Shown in pieces: positions 1 to 13,499 of a DNA stretch of 64,000 nt. The stretch lies in NCBI GenBank assembly GCA_023213395.1, contig CM041465.1:159781741-159845740 (forward strand), given 5' to 3'. Both the position numbers and the translations under genes were made by a program. This DNA is from Cycas panzhihuaensis (Eukaryota > Plantae > Cycadophyta). Within the stretch, counting starts at the first letter, position 1, and every line of letters starts with the position of its first letter. The notes below the pieces were generated by a model. That model saw only the letters and a list, made by a program, of their open reading frames with translations. It was not told the DNA's origin and did no database searches.

Positions 1-1749
1 ATTCTCTTTTTTTTTATTTCCTCTTTATTCTTTCTTATCTCTCTCTATCTATATCTTTCTTTTTTCGTTTGGAAATGGAAAAAGGAATAAAAGAAATAAA
101 GAAGAGAGTATGCACTTGAATTCTTAAATTTTAGAGGAGTATAATCCTTTAACTCATGAACCTGTTATAACTCCCAAAATATGATGATCGATTGGGATAA
201 TACTTACTTGCTTGCGGGAAAAATTTAGTAGTGTTTATGCTTGCCAAATCCTCCTTATGACAAGAAAAAGAAAGTAGGAAAGTACTAGAATGAAAAGAAG
301 AACATAAACAAAAGAGATCTTACTGTACCTCAATGGAGAATGATGGATTTCAAATATGGTTATGACCCCTTCCCAAATGGAAACTTTGAGCTCATGATGT
401 TCTTCCCATTCTTGCAAGTTAGTAAAAAAAAATCCACAAAGGAGAAACTACAAAATAATGACCACTTTTTTTTTCTAGTTTCGCATCTGACCTATAAAAC
501 AAAGTCTAATGATGAACAATCTAAGGGAACTCTAAATCCCTAACTAAAAGGATGTATGTAATATGATGGATGAAGGGAGGCCTTAGAATGGCGATTATCC
601 CCTTAATATAATAGATTCCCAAGGTATGCTCTAACAATCTCCCAATAATTCTATAACTTAGGTAGGTGATTAGTCAAAGGAGTAAAGTGGGTAAACAAAA
701 TGGTGAGTAGAATGCAAGCAATACAAAAAGGACCTCAAAGGAAGAAAATAAGCACAAACACATCAAAAGTCATACTCATAGTATGAAAATGGATGGAAAC
801 ATAGGAAGAAAGATTATTGTCAAATAAATGGAGGAGGGAAATACCTGTACCTAGGAAGAAGTGCACTAATGGCCTCTACAACAACTTCCTTAAGGGCTCC
901 TCTCTACTTTGTAAGGCCTCTTCTTACTCTCCCAATATGCACTTGAAGGTGGCTTCCATATCTCTTGATTTCTAGCAAAAATTTAGTAGCCTAATGATGT
1001 CACTTCTAATATCAAAAAGTTCCCCTCCTTTCCCTTGAAAATGAGGGGGGCTTTATATGAAAAATAAGGAGGATGATTAGTGGTTTCTCGTCCACAATGT
1101 GGAGCAAACCACGCACCAAAACAATGGACCATGCATATGGTTTAGAGGATTTTTACAGGGAGTATCATGAAGAAATAAAAAAAAATTAGATATTTAAAAG
1201 GAATTTGGCCTCCTAATGCAAATACAATTAGACCTAGGATGGCTATAACATGTCAGGTAGGTTAGAAAAATATTAAATGTACAATTGTTACTGTTAATGT
1301 ATGAATCTAGGTTGGTGACAATCATACCATAAATATATATGTGGTATTGCAAATACATATAAAATAACAAGTAGTATATCAATAGAATGAGATTTGGCTA
1401 AGCAACTCTACATGAAATTAGAGGAACACAAAGGGAAGATATCCTAAAACCCTCTATGAATTGATACAAGCAACATAGGATGGAATTGAGGCTATAAAAT
1501 AAAATAATAATGTGACAAAATTGAGGAAACAAGCTATAAGATGATAAAGAGGTACCTTTTCCCACTCAGAAAACCAATAGGAGATGCCAAAGCCATTAGA
1601 CATATGCCTTACTCATCATCAACGTGCAATATAGGACATGAAACAATTAATCGAGTCAACATACAAGCATATATCTATTATGTAACATCAAATATAGATC
1701 AATGAAAAGAGTAATAGGTATAGAAATATACCTATACTTACCTTACTTG

Positions 1750-2450
1750 ATTGACTATCTAAATCCCATTCCTAAAAGCTAGGAAATAACATGTAGGATA
1801 ATTACAATAAGAGTAACCTCATATGGTGAAGGATTATAACATTAAAACTTATGTGTATATACTATGATAAAGGATACTTATTTGACCATATCATCTAGGT
1901 AAAAAAGGATTGGTTCTAGGTATCCTCTTATTGCTTAAAGAAGTTGGTAGAGAAGTGGGCCCAAGATTGACTAGAGGGGTACTCATGCTTCTACCATTAG
2001 AACCAGTGGTGTAGTTTGCTATGTAAATGGATGGAAGTAAATGTAAGTTGATTATTGACTAATATTAGGGTGAGTGCAACTTCACGCACTATTCTTGTTG
2101 AGGTCAAGATCAAATGTGGAGATATTGATCTTATGGTGAAACAATTATTATTGACATGGAGGCAAAGGTAGCATTTGCTACAGTGTAGGGCCAACTAAAG
2201 TAGATGAGCCTAGTAAATTATTGGAGATGAGTATTATCTATTGCAATATCTTGTTCAAGTGGATTTAGATGAAAGATTAAATATACTAGTTTTAACTTCC
2301 TAATGTATAATAACTACTTCATCCTTAACCTTGTGATGTATGGCAGCTAGCTCTTGCCTGACTTCCTACTAAAAATTAGTGACTTAGGTCTCAAATGTGA
2401 AATTTGTATCACTTTGACCTTGAGGAACCATGATGAATATAGAAAGTATT
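1750..2450 (-). pseudogene. Degenerate chromovirus (Ty3/gypsy) gag remnant
   Basis: The minus strand reads ...TFDLDLNKNS...LTFTSIHLHSKLHHWF*W*KHEYPSSQSWAHFSTNFFKQ*EDT*NQSFF. This is colinear with the gag at ~35200-35480 (IFDLDLNRDC...LIFTSIHSDGKIYHWFQ*W...YDDTWNSFFF). A PBS-like 'ggttatgatacca' lies upstream at 2911-2923. Confidence 0.65.
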
Positions 2451-4468
2451 TAAAGAGATGGGAATATATAGAAAGAAGGGAAAATATATGAAGTAGAAAA
2501 TATCAAGAAAGAATAGGATTTAAGAACTAGGGAGTTGTTACATAAAAGAGAAGGGGGTAAAGATGGAAATGTGAGGTGTTTATAGCCTATTAACCATGAA
2601 AATTACATAAATAGGACACCTAGTCCACTTGGATGAACACAAAAATCTCATCAAAATGGGGTATATAAGATTTAAAATGAGTTTGAGGTAGCGGGGCCTA
2701 TCGGTAACCCAAGTACTATTAAATATAAAAATTATCTATAGAAACTAACCTAGTGCAAAATGACTAGTGCAATGTACTAACCAAAATAAGGTATATGATT
2801 TTTAATGGTAAGTTTTTGTCATAAACCTTATTTTTTTAATAGCTAATTTACTTATTTAATTCATTTCTAAATCTAATCAATATTTAGAAAGTTATAGCTC
2901 TTACTTTCTAGGTTATGATACCAGCTCAATGTTAACCATAGGGAAATCTACCAAACACTTGATAGAGGAGTATTTCATTATATAGGCTCTATAATAAACT
3001 TATTTGTCAATATTATAGCTTAGCCTAATATCTTAGGGTACCATCTACAAAGGAATGACTATCTCTATAAGGTCTATAATTATGTAGATGTAGTTGGAAA
3101 GAGTAAATTCTAGGTGCTAATCACTAACCCATGTACCACAGAGGATAAACTATTATAAGGTTACCTATATTAGGATGGGGAAAGAAGCTTATAGGGCCCC
3201 CCTTATATACCCAAGGGTATGTGGATGTGTAATTTTATAGCTAGGTTCTATCTAGGGCTTAGTTTAGGAGTGTTATCTCTAGTCCTTCATGCAAGGGTGA
3301 AAAAGCCATAATACACTTTTCTAAAATAATAGATCCTTATGATGTTTAAAGAAACATGGTACATGGCCTCTACTTAACTACTTTGAGTAGTTACCATGTG
3401 GAGTTATCTACTTGAGAATGGGGGGTGGGAGGGAGAAAGGATAGCTACCAAATAGAGTTATTTACCCTTAGACTAATGACTCCAGTACAAAAATTGAAAT
3501 AAATAAACTAAATTAAAAATAAGCACCAAAAAAAAAAAGAAAAAAAAAATGAAGTGTTGGACATTACTTAGGGAAAGAAATTTCCCTTCTCTCACAACTC
3601 TTGAATGCTATTGGTTCTATTCCTTAATCACTATATGGAGAAAGTACTAAGAGAAGGTCTTTCCTTATTCTCTACTTAGGTAGAGAGAGTACTTAATTTA
3701 GTAAAAAAAAAAAAATCTCAAAATTTTTATATTAAGTAGCTTCTCATGATCACAAAACTTGGCTATAATACCACTTAGAATGATTCTTCTCAAAGGTACT
3801 CCTTAGAATGATAGAAAAATAGTAATTCACAACTACTTTATCTAATTAACAAGAATGCATAGATTATCAAAGAGTCTCACAAAGTATAAGAGCATCAATT
3901 GATCACCAAAGGAAGAGTATTATAGTATAATTCTTATAAGAAGAGTAATATCAGGCTAACCATCTTCTATAATCTATAACCATTAAATAAATAAGAAAGG
4001 GTCTTTTCTAAGTAATCCTATTAGTGGCTAAAGAAGGCTTATATTTTATTAGATAGCTTAGTGGCCTTACTTTCTATTAGATAACTTATCAACCCATGCA
4101 TAAAGTTTCATAACTAACTTTATCACTTAACCTTATGATAGCTCTCCACTTATGAATGCTTTATATAACTTAGTAAGATGAGTTATATAACAAAGATTAG
4201 GAAAGATATCCTAAAGTCCTCAGAATGTAGAAATAAGATTTGAATAGTGACTTTCAATGCTATTATGATTTTGTAAATGAGATAAAAGAGGTAGTCAACA
4301 ATCAATTTTCTTATATGTTGAGAATCCTAGAAGCTATACTCTTAAGATATATTCCTTCCCTTATTAGTTATCATCATCTAGTGCAAGGGATTTGAATTAA
4401 TAAGTATTATAAATGTATCTTATGGACTATTCTTTTAATCTCATTAAACTATTTCTAAGATAATAGAT

Positions 4469-5131
4469 TATTAAGCAAACTAGGTCTGAATAACCAAAAA
4501 TTACCACCAAGATCTAAACTATTTTGTAATTAGTTACAGGAACAAAAATTAAAATCTAACATACAAGTTCTTCCACTAGAGATAATATAATAAATAAATC
4601 AAAAAGCTAAAGCATCACATATACACTAGATATAACATGATAAAACCCTAGCAGTTTACTAGGGAAACATCCACATAGGAAATGTATCGATATTTATTAG
4701 TCAAGAATAGAGAAATATATATAACTTGTAATAGAATGCTCACAACAATAATAACCAACCATCTTGCTCCTCACAGTATATCCAATACATTAAATATAAT
4801 TAGCATAATGAAAAATCATCTTAAATCAGGCTATATGAGAGAGTCATATAAGGCATAAATCTTAACCATAGAATCTAGGATATTTTGAATGAATGACCCT
4901 AATTCTCTTTACAATTTAGTATGTTTTATAGCACTAGCCTTTTGGGTTGCAACCTATATCCCCTGAACCCTGTCTTTACAGGGGGAGGGGGGTTCTAGCT
5001 TCTCCTATACCCCTTGGCTAAGGGGGACTCCCGCTTTCGTTAGATCCCCCCATAGAAATTGAGGGGGGAAATCACACTGCCAACCTATCAAAATGTTTTT
5101 CTTAAAAACATTGTTTTCATATTATCTAACA
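4469..5131 (-). repeat. 3' LTR of copia-1
   Basis: tattaagcaaactagg...attatctaaca aligns along its length with 7812-8481, 38013-38693 and 42738-43393. Confidence 0.93.
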
Positions 5132-5169
5132 ATCTCCACCTTGACAACAATTTACCTGATACCTTTCTT

Positions 5170-7296
5170 GGACCATTCATCACCTTTTCTACAAACCAAG
5201 AGAAGTCAAGCACCATTTGAACTTCTCTAATAGTACTAGTTTTATGAACATATTAGCATAATTCTATTTTATACTAACCTTCTCAGGTGCCACTCCACTT
5301 GCTTCCACAACCTATCTAACAAAATGGTACTTAAGAGTAATATGCTTTGTCCTATTATAATAAGTTGGATTCTTTGCTAAGTAAATAGCACTTTAACTAT
5401 CACAAAATATCTTTACCTTTTCCTTTTTCCTTCCAAACTCAACCAATAGACCCTATAACCAGATTGCTTCCTTATAAGCATATACTATAATAATATATCC
5501 TACTTTTACAGTCAATAATGTAATTATACTCTGTAATTTTGATATCCAACTAACCAGACCATTTGCAAGAGTAAACACATAACCTGAAGTAGACCTTCTC
5601 TTATTTAAATCTCTTATAAAGTCTGAATCAACATATCGAGAAGCCTGATTACCTGTACCTCCAAAGGTGATGTAATAGTCACTTGTGCCTCTCAAATACC
5701 AAAGCAACCATTTCACTACTGTGCAATGTTCTTTTCTTGGATTTTCCATAAACCTACCAACTACACTGACTACATATGAAATGTCAGGTCTTATACATAC
5801 CATGGCATACAACAAACTTCCTACTACATTGATATAAGATACATGAGATACATAATCCTTTTCTTCTTTACTATTAGGACTCATACTCGAAGAAAGCTTG
5901 AAATGGGAAGCCAACATGATACTAACTAGTTTCATATTTGCCAAACCAAATATGGTTAGCACCCTCTCCACATATTTATGTTGTGATAAACATAACTTAC
6001 CATTTTTCTTGTCTCTATGTATATCCATGCCTAAGATTTATTTTTCAGCTCTTAGATCCTTCATATCAAAAGTCATATTCAATTGAGAATTTAACTTGTT
6101 GATTTCTACCATAATCTTGCTTACAACTAGTATGCCATCAACATATAATATCAAGATAATGAATAAGATATTGTCTAAGAATTTAAAGTAAACATAATGA
6201 TCATACTCACTTATTTTGAAATTTTAGCTCCCCATGAAGGCATTAAACTTCCTGTATCATTGCTTGGGTGATTACTTCGGGCCATATAATGATTTCTTAA
6301 GCCTACAAATAAGTCTTTCCTACTATCTTATACAAACCCTTCTAGTTGATCTACATAGATCCCCTTATTTAAATCTCCATGCAAAAAAGTTATTTTTATA
6401 TATAACTACTCTAACTTTAAATCAAGAGAAGCTACCAATGCTAACAAAACCTGAATTGAAATAAGTTTAATAACTGGTGAAAAGATCTTATGAAAATCAA
6501 TACTTGCTTTCTATATAAATCCTTTAGCCACTAGTCTTGCCTTATATTTGTCAACTTTTCTATCAACATTTATTGTTTTCTTGAAAACCCACTTGCAACC
6601 AACAGTCTTCCGACCATATGGAAGTTATACTAAGTCACATTAATTATTTTTCTTCAAGGCATCTATTTCTTCCTACATAGCTCTCTTCTACTTCTTACCA
6701 TGGATATTATCTACTGCTTCTTAATAATATGTAGGCTCACTATTATTAAAAACTAAAGTAATAGAAATAGAAGGGATGTACTTGTCAGGTGGATGACTGA
6801 CTCATGTAAATCTTCTAATAATTAGTGGAGGAGTGTCCACATACTCCTATAAATCTACTATAGATTCATCTTTAAAACACTCTTCCTGCTTTTCTATTTC
6901 CAACGATGGTTAGGTCTCAAGCTTGTCCTGTTGATGTTCATCTTTCTACTCATGTTTCACTTCAACTTCTATATTTTTTTATTTTAGAAAGAGATTCATC
7001 AAACACAACATCTCTGCTAATAGTAATTTTGTGGGTAGTAAGATCCCATAACATGTATCCCTTCATACCATCTCTATTACCATAACCAACAAAGATACAT
7101 CTCTTAGGTTTTAATTAGTTAAGGCATAAACATCACAACCAAAATCTTTTAAATTTGAATAGTTACATGGATGTACAATCCATACCTCTTTAGGAATCTT
7201 GTAGTCTATTGCAAATGATGGTGACTTGTTTACTAAATAACAAGTTGTCTAAAAAGGTTCTGCCCATAAGCCCTACTCCACTTCTGCATTACTTAA
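5170..7296 (-). pseudogene. copia-1 pol remnant (integrase C-terminus, RT, RNase H)
   Basis: ORF 5453-6028 plus flanking broken frames, colinear with 38730-40884. Many stops. Confidence 0.9.
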
Positions 7297-7811
7297 GGAG
7301 TCTTAGTTTCCACACTCTTGAAGGTATTATAGGGCGGCTTAGTTGTTATGATAGCCTTAAAGAACTACATTGCTTTCCTATAAAGGGTGCCTTAGGTATT
7401 ATGATAGTACAACTACCTCTTCAAGTAGATTTGATTTGTCATTGATTTGGTCATGTACAAGCCTTCTAACTAGGTCCATAATCCCACTATTATCTTCTCC
7501 CCTATAATGTTAGTTAAAACTTTTTCTACTAAGCACAAATGTATTGTACTTAGATCCCTTTTATCTAGATCATCTGATTCGTTATCATCTATCTTTATAG
7601 GTTTTTTCAATTTACCTTCTAGAGTTCTGTACAATCCTTATTATATTAGAAAATCATACACTTTCAACTTCCACAACTCAAAGTTATTCTTACCATTGAA
7701 TTTTTCCACCTCAAACTTTGCATTCATCAGTTTTGCTATTTGGTGCAGAAAAGACTGACACCAAAACCTTCATAAACTTATTACAAAAATAAAAGTGGCT
7801 TTGATACCACT

Positions 7812-8481
7812 TGTTAAATAAACTAGGTCCTAATAACCAAAAATTGCCACCAAGATCTAAACTATTTTACAACTAGTTATAGGAATTGAAATTAAAATTT
7901 AACATCCAAGCTCTTACACAAGAGATAATACAATAAATAAATTAGAAAGCCAAAGCATCATATATACAACAAATATAACATGGTAAAACCCTAGAAGTAT
8001 GCTAGGGAAACATGCACATAGGAAAGGTATTGATCTTTATTATCTAAGAATAGATAAATATACATAATCTATAGTAGACTACTTATAACAACAACAACCA
8101 GCTACCTTGCTCCTCACAGTACATCCAATACATTGAATGCAATCAACATAATGAAAAAACACATTAAATTGGGCTATATGAGAGAGTCATACAAGGCACA
8201 AATTGTGACTATAGAATCTAGGATATTTTGAATGAGTGACCCTAATTCTCTTTACAATTTAGTATGTTTTATAGTGCTAGCTTTTTAGGTCAGGGACTAG
8301 CACCCCCAAACTCCCTCTTTGTTGGTTGGGAGAGGGGGGGGTGTCTGACTTCCCTTATACCCCCTAGCCAAGGGGGGCTCCCACCCCCCTTGGACCCTCC
8401 TACAAAAGTTGAAGGGGGAAACTACACTGCCAACTTGTCAAAATTTTTGCCTCCAAAACATTGTTATTACATTATCTAATA
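7812..8481 (-). repeat. 5' LTR of copia-1
   Basis: tgttaaataaactagg...attatctaata, adjacent to the PBS. Confidence 0.93.
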
Positions 8482-8500
8482 TAAATATTGATGATGGTAA

Positions 8501-8692
8501 ATAAGTATGGCTTAGCCTTTATGTATTTGAAAGGTAAGTGAGAATGGCCTAACCTTTATGTATTTGAATGAAAAGTAAGTGTAACTTAACCTTTATATAT
8601 TTGAAAGGCAAGTGTGTATGGTTTAACCTTCATATATTTGATAGGCAAGTTAATGTATGCCTAAGTAGAAAGTGAGTGTGGCTTATCCTTTA
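8501..8692. repeat. Degenerate ~37 bp minisatellite, 4 copies plus a partial
   Basis: Unit approximately aagtgtgtatggcttaacctttatgtatttgaaaggc, repeated head-to-tail. Confidence 0.8.
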
Positions 8693-9299
8693 GGTTGTTT
8701 TATTGTTGTAAGGTGTGGGACATGTAAGTTATTATAAGATAATCTAAAAAAAATAATTTAGTAAATCAATAATTTATGATAATATATTAACAAATAAATT
8801 TAAAACATGGATGTTATATATATAATATTTTATCATTTGAGTAGTATATTGAGAATGTATTAAGAGCTTAGGGTAGTTATGTATTTAGAGAAATTACTAG
8901 TACTCCATCCTTTCTATTATGTACTTTGGCTTAAGGGTGATTTCCTATATAAAACTTTAAATGGTTGGGCAGTGAATTTATCTAAGTAATATGGTTAGTC
9001 CCACTTATTAACACTACTATATTAAATTGTTTATGGATGAATACTTCTAATTATTATCAATAGTATAGTTTGTTATATTTATTTATACTTATGACGTATT
9101 ATGAAAAAATATTTGGTTAATATATATATATATATATTTTTTGATTTGGTAAAAAATAGAAGGGGTGTTAAAAGGACCCCAAACCTTTTATAAAATCTAC
9201 CTCTCAACTAAGATGAGAAAGCCATGACAAGCCCATGGCTTAGCTAATCTCAAACCATCCTACTAATCTATTTCTAAATACCATGACAAGCCTTGTAGC

Positions 9300-12200
9300 T
9301 AGCTTGTTTCCCCCTCCTAAGTCTGTACATCTAATCTGACAAGTCTCAAAAGATCCTCCAGGAAGTCCTCTTTCAATATCCTCATGCATTTATTTGAAAT
9401 TACCCAATTAGCAAGCTAGTCAGCTACTACATTACCTTATCTATATGTGTGGTAGACTTAGAAATTATCTTTTAGCCTTAAGGTATCTTGAGCATCCTTC
9501 ACTATGTCCTCACTATGCCAGTCTACCTCAGTGTCCCCTCTAAGAATCCTCACCATATTTAGTGAATCTCCTTCAATTATCACCTTGTCACAATCATCCT
9601 CATCAACCATAAGCATAACTCTCTACATAGCCTTTAACTCAACCCTATGGTTCATCTACTAACCATAGTATTCTGCGAAGGCCCACCTAACTCTACCATC
9701 TGGGTACCTGCATACTCCTACCCCTCCTACATCACCTAGGTTGCCTTTGGATGCTTTGTCAAAATTTATTTTAACCTAGTTATCTATAGGCAGGTGCCAA
9801 AAATACTTCTTTCTCTTGGTCCCCATTATATTTGGTCTTCTTATTCACCATCCATTAATAATACTACCCTCATATTCTGGCATTCTTTCCTCATCCAAGA
9901 TTTTAACTAATTCTACTGTCACCATGTGAATCATATCATAGATCCTAAACTCATCCAATTCATTCCCTTTGAATAACCTTCTATTTTATTCCTTCCAAAT
10001 GTCCCATACCACCATTAGCAAGGTAGTTCTCTAAAGATACCCTAGTGTCTTACTCCTAAAAGGAGATTTCTACATCATCCATTGCTCTACTAGGGTCCTT
10101 GGGCTTGCCCATAAAATCCTAAACTAGGACTAGATACTAGCCTAGATTTTTCTAGAGAAGGGACAGTGGATGCTAATATGATCCAACATCTTCTCAGCCT
10201 TCTTACATAGCACATACCTATTTGGCATGGTAAAACCATGTTTATAAATATTATCCACTGTTAGGATCTTTTTCTTCAAGCATAACCACTAGAAGGCTAC
10301 CACCTTAGGAATTAAACCTAGCTTCCACACTCCTACCAACAATGGGTTCTTTCCCATGCTTGCCTCTAAGCAAATAACTTGATATCCTTGCTTCATGGTA
10401 TACTCCCTTAGAGGTGAGTTAGCCCATATGATCTCATCCACCCTAGTTCCTTTTGGAATATAACATTGATCAAGCTCATTTTTTAGTACCAATATATTCT
10501 CCCCCCAGTCTTAGACCCCTTACAGCTCCTTAAAGGACCTCCAGGATCTATTTCTACCCTGACCCTCCCAGTAATCCTTAACCTTTGTACCATATATATC
10601 CATAAAGATGGATTGTAGATTACTAGTGTTAGGTCTATCTTTTAATTTATAGTTTCAACACCAGTTATCCTCCTAAAAGCTTATACTTTCCCTATTCCCC
10701 AACTTCCATCTCATTTCAGAGGTCAAGATGGGTCTAGAGTGAACCAAACTCCTTGAAATAGGGGACCTATAAACCACCCCCACCTCATTAATTAATAAAT
10801 GCATACCCCCAAGGTATTTTTTGGAGATGATCTTACCCCATTGTTCTCCTTCATCCTTCACCAGTCGCCAGCCTAGTTTAGCCACCATGGCTCTATTGAA
10901 AGAGGCCAATCTTCTAATATTTAGCCCTCTTACCTATTTAGGCGTGCAAACTTTATCCCAAGCAACCAAATAGATTTTATCCTTTTCTTTAGTTCTTAAC
11001 CAAATGAATCATTTTTAAATACCTTCTAAAATCAACATAACGCTGCTTGGGACCGTAAAGATTGACATCATATACACCAACATACTCTACAGAGAAGCAG
11101 CCACCGACTAAATCTTCTCAGCTTAATTGAGAAGAGATCCCTTCCAGCCAACCATTTTCCTCTATATCCTATACACTATGGGGTTCCACATTACCCTACC
11201 CATGTTCCCCATAAATAGGGGCATCCTAAGGTAGGTAGATAGAAGGGACTTGATGGGCATCCCCAACTCCCTATTAATCCTTCTCTATAGTCTCTCATGA
11301 GTATTTATGGAAAAAATATAACTTTTATATAGATTTATTCTTTGATTTGTTACTTGCTCATAGGATTGAAGACTAAACTTAAAGGCCCTAGCTTCCTCCA
11401 TGGAAGCCTTTCCAAGGAGGATATTATCATCAACAAACTAATGATGAACATTGTTTTCCATGCCAGAGGCAGGCTTTACTCCCTTGACCTATCTTTTCCT
11501 CCTGGCCTTGTCCACTGCCCTCCCTAAAATTTCCACCATAATGATAAATAAGTAGGGGGATAATGGGTCCCTTGCCTTAACCCTCTAAATCTAGGAAAGA
11601 AAGGTGTTAAGGTTCCATTTATTAGGATTGAGTATTGAGGTTTAGAAATATAGTTTTCCATCTATTTCCTCCAAACCTAAGCTCCTGAAGGCATTCGATT
11701 AAGCAATCCCAAGCCACTTTATTATAAGATTTAGACATGTTAATTTTCACTATCATGCCAACTTCTTTTCTTTAATGGACTGAATGGATCATCTTATGGA
11801 TAATAATAATGTTGTCCAGAATTTGATGCCCTTTCACGAATGCATCCTAATTTGGGGATATGATAAGAAGAAGATATTTCTTGAGCCTATTGGCTAGAAT
11901 CTTAGCTAAAATTTTGTATTTTACATTGTAAAGGCTGATTAGTCTAAACTCCTCTAAAACTCCCTTCTTTCTTTAGGATCAACACTAGAAAGGTGGCCTA
12001 CCATTCCTTTAGGATCATTCTTTTCTCATGAAATTCATCTAGGGCTACATTTAGATCATCCTCGATTATTTCCCAGTAATCTTGAAAAAAACCTAGAGGG
12101 AAGCCATCTGGGTTGGGGCTTTATCTCACCCCATGTCAAAGAGGGCCTTCTCCACTTCCTCTATTAAGAAAGGTTCCTTCAACCATGTATTCCAATATTC

Positions 12201-13493
12201 CTTAATTAGTTTAGGGATATAACCCATAAGGTTCCTCCTTAGGTCTACATCCTAGTACCTTGGTTCTTTAAATAAGTTCATGAAATAGTCCACTATAATG
12301 CCTTTGATTTCTTTATCCATCTCAGCTTCTGCTCCTCTATTATCACTTAGTTTATTTATTATATTACAAGACTAATGTTTCAAGGTTGTCATATAAAAGA
12401 ACTTAGTGTTTCTATCCCCCTTCACTAGCCAAGTAGTCCTTAACTTCTGCTTCTAGTGAATTTCTTCCTTCATTAAGATCTCTTCTAGTTTCCTACTAGT
12501 CGTACACTCCCTCTAATCCAATAAGGGGGATTTTCCTTCCTGTTGGATTCTTTCATCCATCTCATTTAGCTCACATAATAGCCTACTTTTAGCTTCAAAG
12601 ATGTTACCAAAAACCTCTTTATTCCAAACTTTGAGTTACCTTTTCACCCAATTCAACTTCTTTGAGAATCTAAACATAACATGCCCCTCCACTGGTATGT
12701 TCCACCATTCCTCAACCGTGTTCCTAAGATCTAGGTGTCTTGTCCATATGAGTTTGAATCAAAATGGGGCCCTAGGGTGCCTTCCTAATATGTTAAATTC
12801 AAGCATTAATGGAGAATGATTTGATGCCACCTTTGGAAGGGCCTCTAATTTTATGTTGCGAAGCCTAGCCCATTCATAGTTGATCATCACCTTGTCAAGT
12901 TTTATCTGGATGTGGTTAACTCCTATTCTTCTATTTGACTAGGTATACTTAGTTCCTCTCAACAGGATATCCATCAAGCCTCCTTTTTATATGAACTCTC
13001 CTAGATCAGTCATGCTCCTTGACTAACCCTCTTGGCCCCCTTTTTTCTCTCTTGGGATGAAGGCCATGTTTAAGTCCCCCACTATTAGCTAGGGGCCTTT
13101 CCACTGTTTATGAATTTCCATGATCCTATCCCATAGCGTCTTTCTATCTTCCATTGTAGTTGGGAAATAAATGTTAGTGGCTACCCACTACACATCCGTC
13201 CCCCTACAGGTAAAGCATACTGACATAAAATGATCTTCCTCAGCCAATATTATCCCATACCATACTTTTAGATTTGAAAGTACTGCCATACATCCCAAAA
13301 CTTGAGAACCTTATTTCTCCAACATCTTCCCAATCCTCCAAACCTTGTTTTTCACCTCTAGTCCTTTATCTTTCTCTAGTTTAGTTTCTTAGAGCATCAT
13401 TATATCTGCTTCTAGTCTAGCCTGCATGTCTTTAATAAGTCTTTACTTAGAGGAAGCATTTAGTCCCCTAATATTCCAAGAAATAATCCTTAT
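9300..13493 (-). pseudogene. LINE-A ORF2 (APE endonuclease-RT-zf-RVT-RNase H), many stops
   Basis: ORF fragments 10289-10492 and 10673-10909 (FNRAMVAKLGWRL) plus the motifs listed for LINE-A. Confidence 0.88.
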
Positions 13494-13499
13494 ATTCTC

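Larger units (their letters stand above)
4469..8481 (-). mobile_element. Ty1/copia LTR retrotransposon (Tork/Tnt1-like), internally deleted, decayed (copia-1)
   Basis: Paired LTRs at 4469-5131 and 7812-8481. Met-PBS 'gtggctttgataccac' at 7795-7810. PPT (rc gttgtcaaggtggagat) at 5132-5148. TSD tagat/taaat. RT/RNaseH peptides in ORF 5453-6028 (YINVVGSLLYAMVCIRPDIS, RRSTSGYVFTL). Confidence 0.95.

Noticed and set aside
1-1500. LTR- or leader-like sequence and short ORFs (235-417, 340-543, 1194-1382)
   Set aside because: No partner LTR, clear PBS or protein motif; the ORFs look random.
3761-4468. PBS-like 'ggctataataccact' followed by a possible LTR
   Set aside because: No second LTR or linked coding remnant was identified.
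8501-8692. Possible CRISPR-like array
   Set aside because: Head-to-tail degenerate units without unique spacers, no cas genes, eukaryotic TE context.
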